Shown here in pieces: positions 19,404 to 23,900 of a stretch of 23,900 nt of DNA. Source of the stretch: a virus (Duplodnaviria > Heunggongvirae > Uroviricota > Caudoviricetes); IMG/VR virus record IMGVR_UViG_2778261223_000025, positions 1 through 23,900 of that record, one strand, 5' to 3'. Position 1 is the stretch's first letter. The number at the start of each line of letters is the position of its first letter. The notes below the pieces were generated by a model. The model was not told the origin of the DNA. It did not search any database and saw nothing but the letters and a program-made list of their open reading frames with translations. A program made the position numbers and the translations under genes.

Positions 19404-21533
19404 ATGACAGACATTACAGCCAATGTGATTGTATCTATGCCTTCGCAACTCTTCACTATGGCGCGTTCTTTTAAAGCGGTTGCCAATGGCAAAATTTATA
19501 TCGGTAAAATTGACACTGACCCGGTAAATCCTGAAAACCAGATTCAGGTTTATGTGGAGAACGAAGACGGTTCTCACGTTCCTGTTTCGCAACCAATCAT
19601 CATTAACGCTGCTGGATATCCGGTATATAACGGACAGATTGCCAAGTTCGTAACTGAGCAAGGCCATTCCATGGCTGTATATGATGCGTATGGTGCGAAG
19701 CAGTTCTATTTTCCTAATGTGCTGAAGTATGACCCTGACCAATTTCAGTTCACGCTCTCGTCAGACACTGGCGCAAATCTTGTCGGCATCAAGAGAACTG
19801 GACTGCCAAATAATAACTCTACTACTGTTGGTGCTTACTATCAGACAACACCTATCAACGCGGTAACAGATTACGGAATGAAAGGGGATTTCGACCCGTC
19901 AACTGGATTTGTTAACGGAACGAATAACCGTTCTGCACTTCAACAATTGATGGATGATCTGGTAAATATCGGTGGAAACAAAACTGTAACCATTCCTCCG
20001 GGTAACTATTACTTCAACTTTGACGGTAGCACTAATCCTGGTGGTGTTGGGGTTATGTGGGGAAGGGTCGGTGCAGGGTTAAAGAATGTCACATTCCTGT
20101 GCTATGGCGCCACATTTTACTCTGGGAGCATTGGCAGACTTAACGGCATATTCAGCGCTAATTATGGTGTAAGGATAAAAGGCTTGAGAGTGATAGGGTT
20201 CGGCGGCGGAACGCTCGCTCCTTCACGAGAAAGGGATGCTATCTTTGCTCTTGCCTACAACTGCTGTGGGGTAACATTTGATGAGTGTTACTTTGCTAAC
20301 AGCATGGGGGACTGCGTTTATCTTGGTGGCAGTCTTGATGACGGCTCTATAACTGGATTATTTTGCAGGGATATCGCTTTTAATGGCTGTACTTTAAAAG
20401 AAAGATACGGGGATGGTATTAGATCTTACTACAGCGGATCTAGGTCAAGGATGGCTATTGCTGTTATCGACTGCGTTGGTCTCAGGATTGATAACTGCAA
20501 AATAGTAGGCGGAATAGACTTCGAACCAAACGCAACAAACCAGCGCCTGCAGAATATGATGGTAGGTAATACCAGGTTCCATGCAGGAAATGTCCTTGCA
20601 TACACTGGAACAAACCCATTTTACGAGGAGCAAATCAATAGCGGAACTCAGGTTATACGTGGAGACATCCGATTCCAGACGCGAGCGGGTGGGGTCATCA
20701 CTCAGAATATTCATATATCTAACGTATCATTCGACTACGGATGCATCAGGCAGACATCTCTTGGTATAGCTGACGTTATTTATGAAAACATAAGAATGCG
20801 CAGGGGTATATTGGTGGTTGGTTCTGACTCAGGCACAAACTTCAACCCATCTGCAAACTTCAATGATGTTTATGTTGATCTGGCTCTTAACGGTTCAGAT
20901 GATGATATCTTTGAGTTGAATGGGTCAGGCACAACACCTCCTACATTGCCAGCAGTAGTCATGTTGATACAGGGAAATCTTACATACGCAAGATTTAATG
21001 GGATAAGTGGAGGGAATACCATCGGTGCATTTAGTTACCTGTTTTATGCAGATCCAACACACACAGCTGGTGATGCGGGGAGGAGCATTTACGCAAACTG
21101 CAGCATACTTGGCGGTAACCTTTACAACTACACTATCCCGGATAGCAGTCAGGAACTTGGAAACACATCTATGCCAGCCTCCGGAGTTGCCTTTACAAAA
21201 TACCGTAGGATTAATACTGACCTAATCATGCAGTCGGTTGGTGCTCTAAGCATATCCGCAAGCGGTTCAATAGACTGGAACGCATTCAGAACAAGCAAAT
21301 TGGCAGTAACTGCTACCACTACAGGCCTGCAAATATCAGGGATTGTTAATGGCCCTATGGTTGGTGCTGAGGTTCAGATAAGGAATAGTGGATCAAACCC
21401 CATAATTCTGGCTCACAGTACATCTTTCTATCTTAAAGGAACAACTAGTGCCACCCTTGACGATACGAGAAAGGTGGTGACGTTCCAGTACATCTCTTCA
21501 GGAGTATGGACGGAGATATACCGGAACTTTTAA
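19404..21533 (+). CDS. 9: Tailspike protein with P22-type N-terminal head-binding domain and a divergent receptor-binding domain
   Basis: 709 aa; the first roughly 110 residues match the conserved P22/HK620 tailspike N-terminus from memory; the rest is G/N/S/T-rich, consistent with a beta-helix, and differs from the P22 and HK620 domains I can recall. Confidence 0.9.
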   Translation: MTDITANVIVSMPSQLFTMARSFKAVANGKIYIGKIDTDPVNPENQIQVYVENEDGSHVPVSQPIIINAAGYPVYNGQIAKFVTEQGHSMAVYDAYGAKQFYFPNVLKYDPDQFQFTLSSDTGANLVGIKRTGLPNNNSTTVGAYYQTTPINAVTDYGMKGDFDPSTGFVNGTNNRSALQQLMDDLVNIGGNKTVTIPPGNYYFNFDGSTNPGGVGVMWGRVGAGLKNVTFLCYGATFYSGSIGRLNGIFSANYGVRIKGLRVIGFGGGTLAPSRERDAIFALAYNCCGVTFDECYFANSMGDCVYLGGSLDDGSITGLFCRDIAFNGCTLKERYGDGIRSYYSGSRSRMAIAVIDCVGLRIDNCKIVGGIDFEPNATNQRLQNMMVGNTRFHAGNVLAYTGTNPFYEEQINSGTQVIRGDIRFQTRAGGVITQNIHISNVSFDYGCIRQTSLGIADVIYENIRMRRGILVVGSDSGTNFNPSANFNDVYVDLALNGSDDDIFELNGSGTTPPTLPAVVMLIQGNLTYARFNGISGGNTIGAFSYLFYADPTHTAGDAGRSIYANCSILGGNLYNYTIPDSSQELGNTSMPASGVAFTKYRRINTDLIMQSVGALSISASGSIDWNAFRTSKLAVTATTTGLQISGIVNGPMVGAEVQIRNSGSNPIILAHSTSFYLKGTTSATLDDTRKVVTFQYISSGVWTEIYRNF

Positions 21534-21574
21534 TCAGTGTCCATGGATGGCCATCTTTCACCAGTTATCTTCAT
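21530..21574 (-). pseudogene. gtrB: gtrB remnant: 14-codon stub beginning MKI, ending on the tailspike stop codon
   Basis: Minus-strand ATG overlaps the gtrA stop (ATGA), the normal gtrA-gtrB junction; encodes [14 protein letters not shown] then TAA, which shares bases with the plus-strand tailspike TAA. Confidence 0.5.
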
Positions 21575-21935
21575 TTCCCATCCCTAAAGACAATGAACTT
21601 TTAATAGACGAAACCGCACACCAGACTGATGGCGGAGAAGGTGATAAGAGTGACAATTGGAGGAAGTGCGCATCTATCAGCAGCCCATCCAATAGTAGCA
21701 CTCAGTGTCCCCATGAACCCGACATATAACATGTAGCGCATCGTTGTAGTCGATGTTTTGAATGTGAATCTTGCATTCGCGAAGAAGCTAAAGCTCACAG
21801 CCACAACGAAACCTGCGAAGTTTGCCAAAGCCTGATTGGTATGCTCGGCATAGATACATACACCAAAAACCACCCAGTGTATAAGTGTGTTCAGCACACC
21901 AATCGAGGTGTGTACTTTGCAAATAGCTTTAACAT
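21571..21935 (-). pseudogene. gtrA: gtrA (bactoprenol-glucose flippase) pseudogene with frameshift and premature stop
   Basis: ATG at 21935 gives MLKLFAKYT then stop after 14 codons; GtrA continues (SIGVLNTLIHWVVFG...) in another frame after a 1-nt insertion in an acacacc run; in-frame TAA at 21601-21603 is followed by 9 sense codons (KFIVFRDGK) up to the ATGA junction; repaired length about 120 codons. Confidence 0.72.
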
Positions 21936-22400
21936 TTCTTATATCAGGTAATAATCAAAGTCATGAAGTCTATCATCCAAGTCTCAATCGATCGATGACT
22001 TGCTGTGGTTGATGAGACAAAACTGATGCACACAAAGCTTTGCGCTGGATTGCAAGGCTTTGTACTCTTCGATAGTGGTTAAGGCGGTTCACTCCACCTT
22101 TTCATCAATCCAGTCCGCCCACCACTGCATCATTTCTCTGCGCTTATCGTGGCAGATGCCTCACTATCACACGGTGATGGTTCATTACTGGTTTGCATAA
22201 TGGATAGAGAACTGAGGATAAAAGATATCCCAAAACCCAAAAATCTCATCTTTAGGATTTGCAGAAAGGGAGGCGTGAACAAATACCTGCGCATGAAAAC
22301 GGAACTAGTCCAGATGTGATGTTTGTGGTGATCACATACATCATTAACGATGCTCGTTATGGTGAGTTTGATGATTACCCACTGAAGTGAAAATTGTGTT

Positions 22401-22424
22401 GTGTACCAAATTGCGTACCAAACT
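22401..22424. repeat. Imperfect tandem 12-bp direct repeat in the junction region upstream of dacD
   Basis: gtgtaccaaatt / gcgtaccaaact, matching at 10 of 12 positions. Confidence 0.4.
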
Positions 22425-22727
22425 AAAATCACAAATCATGAAACCCTTGTTCATGGCGGTTCTCAGGGGTGTTGCGCGTAATCGTGAAACAAAAAGGTAG
22501 ATTGTTGCTTACCGTCATTCATCATTAGGTTAAATCCGTTATTTCTGCTATCTGCCAGAGTATCAAATATCACCGTGCTAATCAGCTTTAGCGCGACAAT
22601 TTGACAGCGAGTGGCAACAAATCATGTCAGATAAAAATGAGAGGGTAGTCACATTTTCTTGCACTTTATTCCAGCCAGTTCATAAGTATTTCCGTAAAAA
22701 GAACAGCTATTTGAAACTCCTGAGGGT

Positions 22728-23900
22728 TTGCTGTTGAAACGCCGTCTTATTATTGCTGCTTCTTTGTTCGTTTTTAACTTATCGTCTGGTTTTGCGGCGG
22801 AAAACATTCCTTTTTCACCTCAGCCTCCAGAGATTCATGCCGGGTCCTGGGTATTGATGGATTACACCACCGGTCAGATTCTCACCGCGGGTAATGAGCA
22901 TCAACAGCGCAATCCCGCCAGCCTGACAAAGCTGATGACGGGCTATGTCGTGGATCGCGCTATCGATAGTCATCGCATTACGCCAGACGATATTGTCACC
23001 GTGGGGCGCGATGCGTGGGCGAAAGATAATCCGGTGTTTGTCGGTTCTTCACTGATGTTTTTGAAAGAGGGCGATCGCGTATCGGTACGTGATTTAAGCC
23101 GTGGTTTAATTGTGGATTCCGGAAATGACGCTTGTGTTGCTCTGGCTGACTATATTGCCGGTGGGCAACGGCAGTTTGTTGAAATGATGAACAACTATGC
23201 CGAGAAGCTGCATCTCAAGGATACGCATTTTGAAACAGTGCATGGTCTGGATGCACCTGGCCAGCATAGCTCGGCTTATGATTTAGCCGTGCTTTCTCGC
23301 GCTATCATCCACGGCGAGCCCGAGTTTTATCATATGTACAGTGAGAAAAGCCTCACCTGGAACGGTATCACCCAGCAAAACCGTAACGGGTTATTGTGGG
23401 ATAAGACCATGAATGTTGACGGCCTGAAAACGGGTCATACTTCTGGTGCCGGGTTTAATCTTATTGCTTCGGCTGTAGACGGGCAGCGTCGCCTCATTGC
23501 AGTGGTAATGGGTGCTGACAGCGCAAAAGGTCGTGAGGAAGAGGCAAGAAAATTACTGCGTTGGGGGCAACAAAACTTTACTACGGTGCAAATTTTGCAC
23601 CGTGGGAAAAAGGTCGGAACGGAACGCATCTGGTATGGCGATAAAGAAAATATCGACCTGGGAACGGAACAAGAGTTCTGGATGGTGCTACCGAAAGCCG
23701 AAATTCCACATATCAAAGCCAAATATACCCTTGATGGTAAAGAACTCACCGCGCCAATTAGCGCCCATCAGCGGGTAGGGGAAATTGAACTTTACGACCG
23801 TGATAAACAGGTGGCGCACTGGCCGCTGGTTACCCTGGAATCTGTCGGGGAAGGCAGCATGTTTTCCCGCCTGAGTGATTATTTCCACCATAAGGCCTGA
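22728..23900 (+). CDS. dacD: D-alanyl-D-alanine carboxypeptidase DacD (PBP6b), host gene
   Basis: 390-aa ORF recognised as E. coli DacD, with signal peptide and SxxK motif (ASLTKLMT); the track start is a TTG at 22728 and a TTG at 22734 (MKRR...) is an alternative; stop at 23898-23900. Confidence 0.93.
   Translation: MLLKRRLIIAASLFVFNLSSGFAAENIPFSPQPPEIHAGSWVLMDYTTGQILTAGNEHQQRNPASLTKLMTGYVVDRAIDSHRITPDDIVTVGRDAWAKDNPVFVGSSLMFLKEGDRVSVRDLSRGLIVDSGNDACVALADYIAGGQRQFVEMMNNYAEKLHLKDTHFETVHGLDAPGQHSSAYDLAVLSRAIIHGEPEFYHMYSEKSLTWNGITQQNRNGLLWDKTMNVDGLKTGHTSGAGFNLIASAVDGQRRLIAVVMGADSAKGREEEARKLLRWGQQNFTTVQILHRGKKVGTERIWYGDKENIDLGTEQEFWMVLPKAEIPHIKAKYTLDGKELTAPISAHQRVGEIELYDRDKQVAHWPLVTLESVGEGSMFSRLSDYFHHKA

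Noticed and set aside
21547-21729. 60-aa plus-strand ORF after the tailspike
   Set aside because: It is antisense to the gtrA remnant, whose reading frames are much better supported.
22130-22432. 100-aa minus-strand ORF in the junction region
   Set aside because: No ribosome-binding site, odd composition, and it spans probable attR/intergenic DNA; likely spurious.
21936-22727. tRNA gene at the integration site
   Set aside because: I scanned both strands for T-loop motifs (GTTCGAATC and relatives) and acceptor-stem symmetry and found none; integration here does not appear to target a tRNA.
1-23900. CRISPR array, integrase, transposase or insertion sequence
   Set aside because: No regularly spaced direct repeats and no ORF with integrase or transposase features in this window; the integrase is expected at the opposite (attL) end of the prophage.

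Overview
The window holds the right arm of a P22-like (short-tailed, headful-packaging) prophage, ending at the host gene dacD, which places it in an Escherichia/Shigella-type chromosome. All calls are from reading the sequence and ORF track against remembered protein families; no searches were run. Plus-strand order: a lambda-type lysis cassette (S holin, R endolysin, Rz with embedded Rz1), a Rha-family regulator, an AT-rich single-gene moron with its own terminator, then a contiguous, translationally coupled morphogenetic operon (small and large terminase, portal, scaffold, coat, gp4, gp10, tail needle, gp14, and ejection proteins gp7, gp20, gp16). An immI-type region follows, with mnt on the minus strand and arc-ant on the plus strand from overlapping divergent promoters, then a terminator and the tailspike gene. 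Immediately after the tailspike stop is a decayed O-antigen glucosylation (gtr) module: a 14-codon gtrB stub and a gtrA pseudogene, with no gtrC. About 0.8 kb of junction DNA, which should contain attR, precedes dacD. The most interesting candidate for an undescribed system is a pair of small AT-rich exported proteins (one Sec-secreted, one apparent lipoprotein) translationally coupled to mnt, in the position where P22 carries sieA. The lipoprotein's signal peptide lies upstream of the first in-frame ATG and has no canonical start codon. No CRISPR array, tRNA, rRNA, integrase or transposase was seen.
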